A program made the translations under genes and the position numbers. Below, piece by piece: positions 1 to 11,667 of a stretch of 32,000 bases of DNA. The stretch comes from Mesoplasma florum L1 (GTDB lineage Bacteria; Bacillota_I; Bacilli_A; Mycoplasmatales; Mycoplasmataceae). Every line of letters begins with the position of its first letter. Within the stretch, counting starts at the first letter, position 1. Where the stretch lies: positions 120,001 through 152,000 of the forward strand of contig NC_006055.1 of NCBI RefSeq assembly GCF_000008305.1, read 5' to 3'. Below the pieces are notes generated by a model. The model did no database searches. It saw only the letters and a list, made by a program, of their open reading frames with translations, and had not been told where the DNA came from.

Positions 1-1
1 T

Positions 2-493
2 CAACGTATCGGTATTGCCAGAGCATTAGTTATGAAACCATCATTTGTAGTTTGTGATGAGCCAATTTCAGCACTAGACGTTTCTATTAGAGCACAAGTT
101 ATTAATTTATTAGCTAAATTCCAATTAGAATTTGACTTAACATATATATTCATTGCTCATGATTTAAGTGTTGTTAGATTTATTGCAAATAGAATTGCAG
201 TTATTTATCGTGGAGATATTGTTGAATTAGCTGATGCTGATGAATTATTCAATAATCCTTTACACCCATATACTAAATCATTATTATCTGCAGTACCATT
301 ACCAGATCCTGATTTAGAGAAAAAGAAAAAAAGTATTAAATACAAACCCGAAGAACAACATTTTGATTACATTACAGATTCACCTAAATGAATCGAAGTT
401 CAAAAAGGACATTTTATATTAGCAAATGAAAGAGAAGTTTCTGCAATAAAATCTGAAAAAAGAAAAATTAAAAAAATCGAGAAAGGAGCATAA
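2..493 (+). CDS. oppF: Oligopeptide ABC transporter ATP-binding protein, OppF-like (5' truncated by the window)
   Basis: In-frame translation [11 protein letters not shown]...[23 protein letters not shown]...[28 protein letters not shown] has Walker B, D-loop and H-loop of an Opp/Dpp ATPase. TGA at 389-391 is read as Trp; TAA stop at 491-493. Followed immediately by oppA. Confidence 0.9.
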
Positions 494-495
494 TT

Positions 496-3477
496 ATGAA
501 AAAATTACTTAGTATAATTGCTGCTGGGACTTTAGTTACAACAGCCGGATCAACTTTAGTTTCTTGTGGAATGTCTACAACAAAACTAATGGCAAGAAAA
601 GTAAATACAAAAGAGTATAAAGGTTTCATGACTGCAGCTCTTAATACTTGATCACCTGGTTCAACTATGCAAAACTCAGACTCAATCATATTAGAAAACT
701 TATATGATGGATTATTAACTCCTAATGCTCATGGTGAAATTGAAGGCCAAATGGCTGATTGATGAGGGCATAATGCAAAAGGAACTGAATATTACTTCCA
801 TTTAAGAGATGAAGAAAAAACATCAGAAGATGGAAGAAAAACTGGAATTCCAAAATGAACAGCTGTAAGAAATGGTGAAATTAAAAGCACACAAAATGTT
901 TCTACAATGGATTTCTACAATGCATTTAGATTCACATTTAATCCAAATTCTTCAGCTGATGGAGCTGCTCCAACAAATGGTTTATTTAAAAATGGAACAG
1001 CTTTAGAAGGCATTTTATCTACTATATCTGAATATGATGCAACAGTTCTTGGAGGAGCTAACTTTAGTAGAACAACTGCTCAAGGTGGTGAACAAAATAT
1101 TGGATCTGAATATATTTCAACAAGAAATTTTGACATTATTGTTATGTTAATTAATCTTTGAACAGCAACACCTGAAGGTCAGACTATAATTAATAAATTA
1201 GCTGACGCTAAACTTAATCCAATTTTAGATGTAAATGGAAATCCTACTGGTAAATATGATCGAACACCTGAATTTGATAATTTAATTGCTGAAATGAAAA
1301 AATATCAGGGTGAAACAGCATTCCAAAAATTAATTTCTGATAGTTCACAAAATGGTGGAATGATGGCTATTTCTCTTTCAAGTGAAGGATTAGGAACAGC
1401 TGCATCTTCAAAAGGAACTTATGATACTAGAACAGAACAAATGTATAATATCAGATATACTCTTGAAAATGCATCAACTTCTTTCTTTACTTCTGCGGCT
1501 GGATATGGTTCATTGAAACCATTACCAGATTATGCTGTGAGTTATTCAGATAATCAAAACAGATCATGATATAACTTTTCTAAAAGATATCAACCAAGTC
1601 TTAATGAAATGTGATTTTCAGGAGCTTATTATGTTCAATCATATAAAGCATCTTCTAATACAATTTTATTAAAAAATCCAAATTATTATCAAGCTGATAG
1701 AACATACATTGAAAAATTAATATTTACTTTAACTAGAAGTCAATCAGTTGATTCAAATAGACTTTGATTTGAAGGAGGAGATGCTTCAGAAGTAGCTATT
1801 TCTCCAAACGATGCTAGTGGTTGAAAAAAATATGTTGGTGATGATTATAATTCTGAAGAACAAAAATTTGCATTTGAAGGAACACATGCAACATCAACTG
1901 TTCCAAGTCAATATACATTCACAACATTCTACAATTATGGTAGATTGACAAATGATGGTGAAGATATTTCAAAATCATCTAGAGCTTTAGCACAAAAATC
2001 AGTTAGATTATATTTAAACTATTTTATGCAAAGAACTCAATATCCTGCTTATGTAGCTGGAAAATTAGATAATGATAAAAATACAAAAGAATCATTAGCT
2101 TGAGATGGTGGAGAAGGAAAAAATGTTAAAACTAGATCTTCAACCTTATTAAGAAATACTTTTACAATTCCAAAATTAGCAACTAATGCAACAGAATCTG
2201 AAAATGGAAAAGTTAATGGCATACCAGTTGAAGATTATACAATTCAAAATATAGGTACTGATTACAACGAAATGTATGGTACTAAAAATACTCAATTAGA
2301 ATCATCTGCTTCATCTGTTGAAGAAGAAACTTCAACAAATGCCTCAAGACTTAAAACTTTAGAAGATAATATAACAGTTCCTTATGACAAAGAATTATTA
2401 GAAAATTTCTATAATGAACAATTTGGTTCACTTATTGATGGAAATGATGCTTTTTATCAAAATGATTTAATGGCTTTAGGAATGTTCCTTGATTCTGAAG
2501 GGAAAGTGATTGATGGTCTTCAAACGGACTTAAATAATTTTGCTAATTTAGCTTATACATCAATTGTTGATAGAAGTAAAAATAGTAAAGAACTTGATCA
2601 AAATAATGAAAAAGCTAAAGCAAAAATTTTAGGTGATGTTGTAAGAAAAGATCTTAGATCAAAACAAATTTTAACAAGTGATACTGATTCAATTTCACTT
2701 GAATGACTTTTAAACGGAGCATTAAGATTAACATTAAACCCGAGAGTAGAATACTTAGTTGATCAATTTAATGCAACTGTTGGAGGCTCAAGTCCGATAA
2801 CTTTAAAAACTAAAACATCTAATGACGTTTCAGATTATTTAAACTTATCAAAAATTGGTGATTTTGACATATATGTTAGTGGTTGAGGACCAGATTACAC
2901 GGACCCATACAACTTTTTACATACTTTAATTTGAGGTGGTGAGTATGGGGTTTATACTAATATTGGTAATGTTCTTGAAAGTGATTCAAGTGCAAAAACT
3001 GAATCAGTAAAAGATGAAAACCCAAATGAACCTAATCTAAAAATTAAAGATTCTTTCAAACAGTATGAAAAAGATTATGCTGAAATTAATCAATCAATTA
3101 CTAAATATACAGGTGTAGTTGAAACAGCAAAAGGTCAAGGAGATTTTACAGAAAGATTAAAAACTTTATCAAAAGCTGAAACTTATGCCCTTTATGATGT
3201 TGCTTTGACAACTCCTCTTTACAATAGAACACCAATGAAAACTATTCAGTTATCATACTTAGATCCATTTACTAGATCTTCATTCATAGCAGGAAGTTCA
3301 AATTTAAGATTATTTGGTGTAAAAATGATTGAATCACTTTGAGATAAAGATGCTTTCTTAGCAGCTCAAACTCAATTTGAAAAAGGATCATCAAATGAAG
3401 TAGAAGAATATAAAAAACTTTATGTTTATGACCGTAATTCTGATGGAGAAGTTATTGCAACTCCTAGAAATAAATAA
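496..3477 (+). CDS. oppA: Oligopeptide ABC transporter substrate-binding lipoprotein (OppA-like, about 993 aa)
   Basis: ATG at 496 behind AAAGGAG. N-terminus MKKLLSIIAAGTLVTTAGSTLVSCG is a lipoprotein signal/lipobox. The frame stays open through many TGA(Trp) codons to TAA at 3475. It contains the SBP_bac_5-like segment SGWGPDYTDPYNFLHTLIWGG and lies directly downstream of oppF. Confidence 0.9.
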
Positions 3478-3478
3478 G

Positions 3479-3503
3479 AAAGAATGCTTAGCATTCTTTT
3501 TTT
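3479..3503 (+). terminator. Rho-independent terminator after oppA
   Basis: Inverted repeat AAAGAATGC-TTA-GCATTCTTT followed by a T-run. Confidence 0.85.
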
Positions 3504-3544
3504 ACTTTTTATAAGGGGTGTAAAATATTAAAAAAGGAGAAAGT

Positions 3545-4474
3545 ATGAAAGAAAGAATAATTAATTCTTTGGATGATAATAAAATAAGTATTTATATTTG
3601 AGATGAAGTCAAAAATCCTAAAGCAATTATTCAACTTGTTTATGGTAGTTGTGAACATTCTTTGCGTTATAAAGAATTTGCAAAGAAAATGAATGATAAT
3701 CAAATTATAGTTATAAGTAGTGATCATAGAGGTCATGGAAAGACAGCATTACTAAACAATAAACCATTAGGATATTTTTCAAAAAATAATGGTTGAAATA
3801 TAATTATTTCAGATTTAAAACAGGTTAATTCATTTATTAAAAACCAATATATGAATTTACCAATAATAATGTTAGGACATTCAATGGGAAGTTTTATGGC
3901 TAGAACATACATGATTGATTATCCAAACACAGTTGACGCATATGTAATTAGTGGTACTGCTTGACATAACAAGGCATTGTTAATTTTTTCAAAAAATATA
4001 GCTCATATAAGAAGTAAAATTAATGGTGGTAAAAAGCCAGATAATTTTATTTGAAAATTAAGCTATAAACCACTTAACAAAAAATTTAATTCTAAAAAGG
4101 CAACAGGCTTTGAATGGCTATCAAACGATTCAATTAATAAAAATGAATTTATATTAGACCCTTTAACTGGTCAAGTTTTTTCATCATCAGCATTCAAAGA
4201 TATGTTTTATGGTTTAACATATATTCAAAAAAAATCAAATATTAAAAAAATCAAAAAAAGCACTCCTATTTTATTAATTTCTGGTAAAGAAGACCCAGTA
4301 GGAAACTATGGAAAAATGGTATTAAAAACAAATAAAATATTTAGGCAAAATAATTTAAATGTTAAAGTTAATCTTTATGAAAATCAAAGACATGAAATTT
4401 TATTTGATGAGAAAAAAAGTAAAGTTGAAAAAGATATTATTGTTTTCATAAATGAAACTTTACAAAATAAATAA
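3545..4474 (+). CDS. Alpha/beta hydrolase, lysophospholipase-like (309 aa)
   Basis: RBS AAGGAG then ATG at 3545. Contains SSDHRGHGKT, nucleophile elbow LGHSMGSFMART, and C-terminal ISGKEDPVG and NQRHEI consistent with the catalytic Asp and His. Reads through TGA codons. Confidence 0.85.
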
Positions 4475-4534
4475 ATCACTATTTCTTGCTGAACTACTAA
4501 AACTTTAAAATAACACTAATTATTGCAAAATTGG

Positions 4535-4540
4535 TATAAT
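4535..4540 (+). promoter_or_regulatory. Putative -10 element (TATAAT, extended by an upstream TGG) for ftsK
   Basis: TTGGTATAAT located about 25 nt upstream of the ftsK ATG; no clear -35 element. Confidence 0.45.
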
Positions 4541-4564
4541 TATATTATTGCAAAGGGTGATAAC

Positions 4565-7426
4565 ATGGAAAAAAATAAAGATGAAAAGTTTTTAGCTAAT
4601 TACGAATGAAATGAAGAAAAAACTGCCGCATTTGTGACGACTAAGCAAAAAAGAAGAAATGACTCTATATCATGAATGGTTACAGGATTAGTTATCTTGT
4701 TTATTACTGTATTCTCATTAGGGAGAATTACTGTTATAGGTCAATTCTTAGATGACGTTTTCTTTAATTTTATTTTTGGTTGATTCAAATACTTTATTTA
4801 CATAGTACTATTTATAGTAGATCTATGTATATTTTCGGGTATAAGATTTAAATTCAAAAAGAGATTTTTATTCATGGTTATATCATCTTTTATCTTATTG
4901 TGTTGATTAATATCTCTAATACTTTTTACACAAATAATAGCTTCAAAAAATGAAAATTTAAATAAATTGTGACAAGCCAATTTCTTTGCACAAATGTTCA
5001 ACGTATATGCAAAAGAATGAGTTGATCATTCAATATTTTCAGGACAATACTATAAAGAAGTGATTGATTACTTCTTAAAAACAGGTTCAGATGGATATTT
5101 CAACTTATATAGTGGTGGTGGTATAACTGGCACTTTAATGGTAGGCATAACATCATATTTATCAATAGTAGGTTCATATATTTTATTAGTATTCTTAATG
5201 TTCATTAATGGAATGTGAATCTTTACAGGAGATCCAATTTTCTTATTCAAACCAAAAGCAAAAAGAAAAGGGAAAGCTTTAAGAATATTAACTTTAAAAT
5301 CAAAAAGAAATCCTAATTCTAAAAGACCAGTTGCTGTTCAAAACGAAATTCATGCAGAACCAAAAAACGAAAAAAATGGATGAGAATCAATTAATGTATT
5401 TGGTAATATGTCATTTGATGAAGAACAGGAAATTAAAACTAGTGATTTAACTATTCAAATGCCTTCTTATGTAAAAAAAGAAGACAAAGAACTATTGGAT
5501 AAAATTTATCAAGAACAACAATTAGAATGCTCTTTACCAGAAGAAGTTTTAGACTCAAATTATATTGAACAAAATATGCCTAATGAAAATGATTTAAGTG
5601 CTGTTGTTGAAGAACAACAATTAGATCCTCACAGACCTCGCTTTGTTTCAAGAAGAGTTTCAGAAAATAATCAAGTTGAAAGAGTTGTTAAAAATCCTGA
5701 TTTAAGACCTATCACTCAAAATAATGAGATGATTGTAAAATCAGAAAACATTTTAAATAGTAATGAAGAATTAAAAGTAGAAGAAATCAAAGATACAACT
5801 ATTGATGGTGATGATACTTTCTTTGATGCTATTTATGAAGAACAAGAAACTAAAAAAGTAAGCGAAACTTTAGAAGCTCTTGAAGCTTTAAATAAATATG
5901 AAGAAAAATACGATTTAAAAGAAGAATCACCATTACAAAAAGAAGTTGAAACACCAATCATTTCAGCTCTTGAAGAACCTATTATTCAAGCGCCTCTTAT
6001 TGAAGAACCTGTTGTTGAAGAGCCACAAATTATAATAAATAAAAATTATAAACTTCCTCCAGTTGATGTTTTAGCTGTTATGGAAAAAGACTACAACAAA
6101 GAAAGAGCAAACAAAGAAAACGCTGCTTTAAAAGCTCTAGCAATTGATGAGACTTTTAAACAATTTGGAGTTAAAGCAAAAGTTATTAATTCAATTATAG
6201 GACCAAGTGTTATGAAATTTGAAATTCAAGCAGAACCAGGTGTAAAAGTTAATAGTATAACAAACCTAGAAAATGATTTAAAATTAGCTTTAGCAACTCA
6301 AAACATGCGTTTAGAAGCACCGATACCTGGTAAAAATTTAATTGGTATTGAATTAGCTAATGCAAGTTCTGAAATGGTTTCAATGAGAGAAATTATTGAA
6401 TCAATACCAAAAGAACAAGAAAATGAAAAATTACTTTTTGTTTTAGGAAAAAATGTTTTAGGTGAACCTTTAACTGCTCAATTAAATAAAATGCCTCACT
6501 TACTTGTTGCTGGTTCAACAGGAAGTGGTAAATCAGTTATGATTAATGCATTAATTTGTTCAATTCTTTTAAGAGCAAAACCAAATGAAGTTAAATTCTT
6601 GATGATAGACCCTAAAAAAGTTGAACTTTCAGTTTATTCAAGAGTGCCTCATATGTTAGCCCCAGTTATTTCAGATATGAAACAAGCTGCTAATGCATTG
6701 AAAATGGTTGTTGCTGAAATGGAAAGACGTTATGAACTATTTATGAGCCTAGGTGTTAGAAACATTGATGGTTACAACAGAAAAGTAACAGGTTCTAAAA
6801 AAATGCCATTCCAAGTTATTATTATTGATGAACTTGCAGATTTAATGATGACTGGTGATAGAAAACAAGTTGAAGAATCAATTATGAGAATTACTCAAAT
6901 GGCACGTGCTGCAGGTATTCACTTAATTGTTGCAACTCAAAGACCATCAACAGATGTTATTACAGGAACAATTAAAACTAATATACCAACAAGAATTGCA
7001 TTCGCTGTTACAACTGGAATTGACTCAAGAACAATTTTAGATTCAACTGGAGCCGAAAACCTTTTAGGTAGAGGAGATATGTTATTTATGCCACCTGGTG
7101 GAGGAGATCTTATGAGAGCTCAAGGTGCTTATTTAAGTGATGAAGAAATCGAAGAAATAGTAGACTTTACAATTGCTCAACAACAAGCAGTATATGCTGA
7201 TGAATTTGATCAAGATAATCTAAAAACAGTTGGTTCTACTGATGAATTATATTCATTAGTTAAAGAATTTGTAATTGAAAAACAAGACGCATCTTCATCA
7301 TCTATTAAAGGTAAATTTAGAATTGCTGATGCTAGAGCAACAAATATTCTAAACCAATTAGAAGATGAAGGGGTTGTTGGGCCTAAAAATGGTTCAAGAC
7401 CAAGAGAAGTATTAGTTAAAAAATAA
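4565..7426 (+). CDS. ftsK: DNA translocase FtsK/SpoIIIE family (953 aa)
   Basis: N-terminal hydrophobic helices (several using TGA=Trp), an acidic linker, then a translocase motor with LGKNVLGEPLTAQLNKMPHLLVAGSTGSGKSVMINALICSIL, MIDPKKVELSVYSRVPHML, VIIIDELADLMM and QMARAAGIHLIVATQRPSTDVITG, plus a C-terminal gamma-like winged helix (FRIADARATNILNQLEDEGVVGP). Confidence 0.93.
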
Positions 7427-7477
7427 AACCCTCAGTTTAGGGTTTTATTTTTCTAAGAGAATAGAAAGGAAAGCTAT

Positions 7478-9244
7478 ATGGAATTAAAAAATAAAGTTAG
7501 TAATTTACCAAGTAAACCTGGTTGTTATTTATATTTAAATAAAGACAAACACGTAATTTACGTAGGGAAAGCAAAGAATCTTAAAAAGAGAGTTTCATCT
7601 TATTTTGATAGAGCACAAAATTTAAAAACTACTAGGCTAGTTCGTGAAATTGCTGATCTTGAATATTTTGTTGTATCAAATGAAAAAGAATCGTTACTAT
7701 TAGAAGAAAACTTAATTAAAAAATATAGACCAAAATACAATGTTTTATTGAATGATGACAAAGCTTATCCTTATATTATTATCACAAATGAAAAAGACCC
7801 AACTTATAAATATGTTAGAAAACTAGATAAAAAGGCATTCAGAAGTTTTGGCCCATTACCAATTGGTTCTAATGCAAGAGAAACATTAATAACACTACAA
7901 AGACTCTTTCCTTTAAGAAGATGCAAAGGAAATTTGGGAAAACCTTGTCTACATTATTTTATTGGTCAGTGTAGTGGTGCTTGTTTTAAAGAAGTTAACA
8001 AGGAATATTATCAAGAACAAATTAAGAGAGTTGACAATTTCTTTAAGGGTAATATAAATGAAGTTAAAACATTATTAACAAATCAAATGCATAAAGCTGC
8101 AGAAAATTTACAATTTGAAGAAGCTCAGAGAATAAAAGAACAAATCATAAGTCTTGATTTTACTACAACAAAACAAAACGTTGAATTTAAAAGTCAAACT
8201 GATGTTGATGTGATAAGTTATTTTATTGAAGATGAAAAAATTGCTATTGTTACTTTATTCTATAGATCTGGTAAATTACTTTTTAAAGATGAACATATAC
8301 AGTTATATTTTGAGCAAGACATAACAGATTTAATTGATTCATTCATGTCTCAAATTTATGATAAAAATATTCTTCCAGATAAAATTATTGTTGATAATGA
8401 AGTAGAACTGTTTGATTTAAATGAAAAATATAAATCTATATCAACACATCCGATAAAAGAAGATGAAAAAATAATTTATAAATTAGCAACTGAAAATGCA
8501 CAAGAGGCAATTAGGAAATCTAAAATATCAACAACAATAAATATAGGTAATGAAAATGAATTATTGTTAGAGCTGCAAGAAAAAGCAAATTTACAAAAAG
8601 AACCGTACAGACTTGAGATGTTTGACATTTCAAATATAGGTAATGAATTTATTGTTGGAAGTTGTGTTGTTTATATTAATGGAAAACCAGCAAGAAATGA
8701 ATTTAGAAAATATAATATTGAAAGTAAATTTACATCAGATTATGATAGATTAAAAGAAATGTTATATAGAAGGTTTCAAAAAGCACTAATTGAAAAAAGA
8801 ATGTTACCAGATTTAATAATAATGGACGGTGGTATCATTCAAATTCATGCTGCTAAAGAAATAATAAATGCTTTAGGACTATCAGAAATACAAGTAATAG
8901 GTTTAGTTAAAGATGAACATCATAATACATCTTTTTTAATTGATACTAATGAAGAACAAGTAATCATTAAGGATAAACCAAAATTGTTTAACTGATTAAG
9001 TAGCATTCAAGTTAGGGTAGATGAATATGCTAAGTCAGGGTTTAGAAAAAAACAAAATAATTCTTTCTTAAAATCTGATTTAGAACAAATTGAGGGATTA
9101 GGTAAAAAAAGAATACAAGATCTTTTCAAAAAGTTCAATACAATAAATGAAATTGAAAGTGCCGACCAAGAAGAACTCTTCAAAATTTTAAAAAATAAGA
9201 AAGCTTTAGACAACCTGAACATATATTTAAAGAACAGAAAATAG
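7478..9244 (+). CDS. uvrC: Excinuclease ABC subunit C (588 aa)
   Basis: GIY-YIG domain (LPSKPGCYLYLNKDKHVIYVGKAKNLKKRVSSYF), UvrC homology region, RNaseH-like MFDISNIGNEFIVGSCVVY and LIIMDGG, and HhH IEGLGKKRIQDLF reached by reading TGA at 8993-8995 as Trp. TAG stop at 9242. Confidence 0.95.
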
Positions 9245-9302
9245 ATACAAATTTAAGAACAAATAATATATAATTAAAAAGTTAATGAATTAGGAGACAA
9301 AC

Positions 9303-9773
9303 ATGGCAAAAGAAATAATCTTAACTCAAGAAGGTATTGAGGAATTAAAACACGAATTAAAACACTTATTAGAAGTTGTTCGTCCACAAGTAATTGAAGA
9401 ATTAGTAGAAGCACGTAATCAAGGAGATTTAAGTGAAAATGCTGATTATGATGCAGCTCGTAATCGTCAAGCTGAAGTTGAAGCAAGAATAAAAGAACTT
9501 GAAACAATGATAAGCAAAGCAAAATTAATTGAAGATTCTTCTACAACTGATGGAGCAATTAAAATTGGTTCAAAAGTTAAATTCATCATGTTAAATACTA
9601 AACAAACAAGAGAAGTTAAAATTGTAGGAGCTGTTGAAGCTGATCCATTTAAAGGTTTAATTTCAAATGAATCACCAATAGCTAAAGCAATTTTAGGAAA
9701 AAAAGTTGGGGAATCAGTTGAAGTTAAAGATATCAATGCGCCTTACTCAATTGAAATCAAAGAAGTTAATTAA
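9303..9773 (+). CDS. greA: Transcription elongation factor GreA
   Basis: 156 aa: ILTQEGIEELKHELKHLLEVVRPQVIEELVEARNQGDLSENADYDAARNRQAEVEARI...; typical GreA N-terminal coiled coil and C-terminal domain; RBS AGGAG. Confidence 0.97.
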   Translation: MAKEIILTQEGIEELKHELKHLLEVVRPQVIEELVEARNQGDLSENADYDAARNRQAEVEARIKELETMISKAKLIEDSSTTDGAIKIGSKVKFIMLNTKQTREVKIVGAVEADPFKGLISNESPIAKAILGKKVGESVEVKDINAPYSIEIKEVN

Positions 9774-9811
9774 TAATTACCCTTTTGGGTAATTTTATTT
9801 TAAGGAGAGTT

Positions 9812-10684
9812 ATGAGAAATCAATCAACATTTAAAAATGATAAACCTACAATATATTTAGTTGGTACACCAATTGGTAATTTAGAAGATATAAGTTTTAG
9901 AGCATTAGAAACACTTAAAAAAGTTTCAGTTATTTGTTGTGAAGACACCAGAACAAGTCAAACATTTTTAAAAAAATATGAGATTAATAAAAAACTTATT
10001 TCTCTTCATAAATATAATGAATCTGAAAGGATTGAAGAAATAATAAAAATTTTAGATGATAAAAATGATGTAGCTATAATTAGTGATGCTGGTTGCCCAG
10101 CTATAAGTGATCCGGGCGCAAACTTTATTAAAGAAATTTTAAATATTTATGATTGTAATGTTACAAGCGTTAATGTTGGTCCTGCGTATATCCACGCAAT
10201 TGTGGCAAGTGGATACACAGCTAAAGAAAACTATTTTCATGGCTTTTTAGAAAATAAAAGTGATAAATCTAAAGTTGATGAACTTAAAGATATGTTAAAC
10301 AAAAATTCAAAGTCAATAATAAGTTTTTATGAATCAGTTCATAGAATTAAAGATACAATTTCAAAAATGAGTGAAATTTTAAATTCAAATCAAAGTGTTT
10401 TAATAGGTAGAGAACTTACAAAACTAAATGAACAATATATCCAAGGAGAAATTGAAGTTGTTAATAATTTTGTACAAAGCGAAGAATTTATTTTAAAAGG
10501 TGAAATTGTCATTGTAGTAGATACTCAAAAACAACAAGTAGATGCAATTAATGATAATGAAATAATTTTGCTTGTTGAAGAAGAAATAAAACAAGGTTAT
10601 AAGTTGAAACAAGCTTGTGATATCGTTGGTGCAAAGATTAATAAATCTAAAAATGAGGTTTATCAAATATTTATTAAAAAGTAG
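9812..10684 (+). CDS. rsmI: 16S rRNA (cytidine1402-2'-O)-methyltransferase RsmI
   Basis: TIYLVGTPIGNLEDISFRALETLKKVSVICCEDTRTSQTFLKKY... with ISDAGCPAISDPG. ATG at 9812 is favoured over 9785 because AAGGAG lies just upstream. Confidence 0.93.
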   Translation: MRNQSTFKNDKPTIYLVGTPIGNLEDISFRALETLKKVSVICCEDTRTSQTFLKKYEINKKLISLHKYNESERIEEIIKILDDKNDVAIISDAGCPAISDPGANFIKEILNIYDCNVTSVNVGPAYIHAIVASGYTAKENYFHGFLENKSDKSKVDELKDMLNKNSKSIISFYESVHRIKDTISKMSEILNSNQSVLIGRELTKLNEQYIQGEIEVVNNFVQSEEFILKGEIVIVVDTQKQQVDAINDNEIILLVEEEIKQGYKLKQACDIVGAKINKSKNEVYQIFIKK

Positions 10685-10692
10685 ATTTTCAA

Positions 10693-10721
10693 TTGACAAA
10701 TCAATGTAATTTTAAGATAAT
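10693..10721 (+). promoter_or_regulatory. Promoter for tRNA-His
   Basis: TTGACA (10693-10698), 17-nt spacer, GATAAT (10716-10721), about 19 nt before the tRNA. Confidence 0.8.
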
Positions 10722-10739
10722 AAAAACGTTATCTTTTAT

Positions 10740-10816
10740 GGCGCCGGTGGTGAAGTGGTTAACACATCAGGTTGTGGCTCTGACATTCGCGGGTTCGATT
10801 CCCGTTCGGCGCCCCA
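10740..10816 (+). tRNA. tRNA-His (anticodon GTG), with G-1 and encoded CCA
   Basis: Cloverleaf folds: acceptor GCGCCGG/TCGGCGC, anticodon arm TCAGG-TTGTGGC-TCTGA, T arm CGGGTTCGATTCCCG. Extra G-1 at 10740 is opposite C73, a His tRNA identity feature; CCA at 10814-10816. Confidence 0.96.
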
Positions 10817-10829
10817 TTAAGTAAAAAAC

Positions 10830-10860
10830 AAAGCAGGTAGTAATACCTGCTTTTTATTTT
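10830..10860. terminator. Bidirectional Rho-independent terminator between tRNA-His and the convergent rhodanese gene
   Basis: AAAGCAGGTA-GTAA-TACCTGCTTT with a 3' T-run on plus and an A-run on the other side (T-run on minus). Confidence 0.85.
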
Positions 10861-11153
10861 AATTCATATAGACCACCATGAAGAACAAAAACATTAGGAT
10901 AACCCATTTGTCTATATGTTTTTGCGGTTAATCCACTTCTTGAACCATAGTTGCAAACAATTATCATTTTCTCATTTTTATTTGGAAAAAGTCTTTCAGC
11001 ATTTTTTATAACACCTGGATACGGAATGTTGTGAGAACCTTTGTAACTTAGTCCCGTCATTTCATCTTCGCCGATACTGCGAACATCAATAACTATATAT
11101 CCTTCGTCAACTAATTTATAAAATTCATTTTTACTTATTTCATAATTATTCAT
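10854..11153 (-). CDS. Rhodanese-like domain protein (single-domain sulfurtransferase)
   Basis: 99 aa: GYIVIDVRSIGEDEMTG...GSHNIPYPGV...KMIIVCNYGSRSGLTAKTYRQMGYPNVFVLHGGLYEL; active-site loop CNYGSRSG. Confidence 0.9.
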   Translation of the reverse strand: MNNYEISKNEFYKLVDEGYIVIDVRSIGEDEMTGLSYKGSHNIPYPGVIKNAERLFPNKNEKMIIVCNYGSRSGLTAKTYRQMGYPNVFVLHGGLYELK

Positions 11154-11226
11154 AATTCAATCCTTTTTATATAAATATTATCTCACTAATAAGTTAAAAT
11201 TATTAAAAGATTAATGTGGGGGTTTT

Positions 11227-11667
11227 ATGAATAAGATATATATAGCAAACGATCATACAGCGATTGAAATGAAAAACGCTATTAAAAATCATTTAGAGAA
11301 AAAAGGTTATGAAGTTATTGATTTAGGTAACAATGATGGTAATTCATGTAACTATGCAAATATTGGAATTACTTTAGCAGAAGCTGTTGTTGCGGATGAA
11401 AATAATAAAGGTATTGCTTTATGTGGTACAGGAATTGGAATAAGCATTGCAGCAAATAAAGTTAAAGGTGCTAGAGCTGGACTTGTGTATGAAGTTCAAA
11501 CTGCTGAATTAACAAGACAACATAATAATGCAAATATATTAGCTACTGGTGCTAGATTAATTGCTGTTGATAAAGCACTTTTATTAGTAGACACTTTCTT
11601 AAATACTGAATTTGAAGGTGGAAGACATCAAGAAAGAGTAGGAACATTAGATGAGTACAATAAATAA
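11227..11667 (+). CDS. rpiB: Ribose-5-phosphate isomerase B (RpiB/LacAB family)
   Basis: 146 aa: [31 protein letters not shown]...[51 protein letters not shown]. Confidence 0.92.
   Translation: MNKIYIANDHTAIEMKNAIKNHLEKKGYEVIDLGNNDGNSCNYANIGITLAEAVVADENNKGIALCGTGIGISIAANKVKGARAGLVYEVQTAELTRQHNNANILATGARLIAVDKALLLVDTFLNTEFEGGRHQERVGTLDEYNK

Noticed and set aside
468-689. Minus-strand 73-aa ORF opposite the oppA start
   Set aside because: Antisense to the oppF end and the oppA signal peptide; no RBS or family resemblance. Low-complexity AT sequence with few stops explains it.
496-3477. Apparent chain of fragmented small ORFs suggesting an oppA pseudogene
   Set aside because: All fragments are in one frame separated only by TGA, which is Trp here; the gene is intact.
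3509-3736. Minus-strand 75-aa ORF near the hydrolase start
   Set aside because: Antisense overlap with a well-supported CDS; hydrophobic, Phe/Asn-rich artefact.
4798-5250. Minus-strand ORFs (4798..5001 and 5068..5250) opposite the ftsK membrane region
   Set aside because: Fully antisense to the continuous ftsK frame; no homology or start signals.
9007-9736. Minus-strand ORFs opposite uvrC and greA
   Set aside because: Antisense shadows of clear genes; the 9274..9522 ORF is Leu-rich from complementing GAA/GAG/CAA codons.
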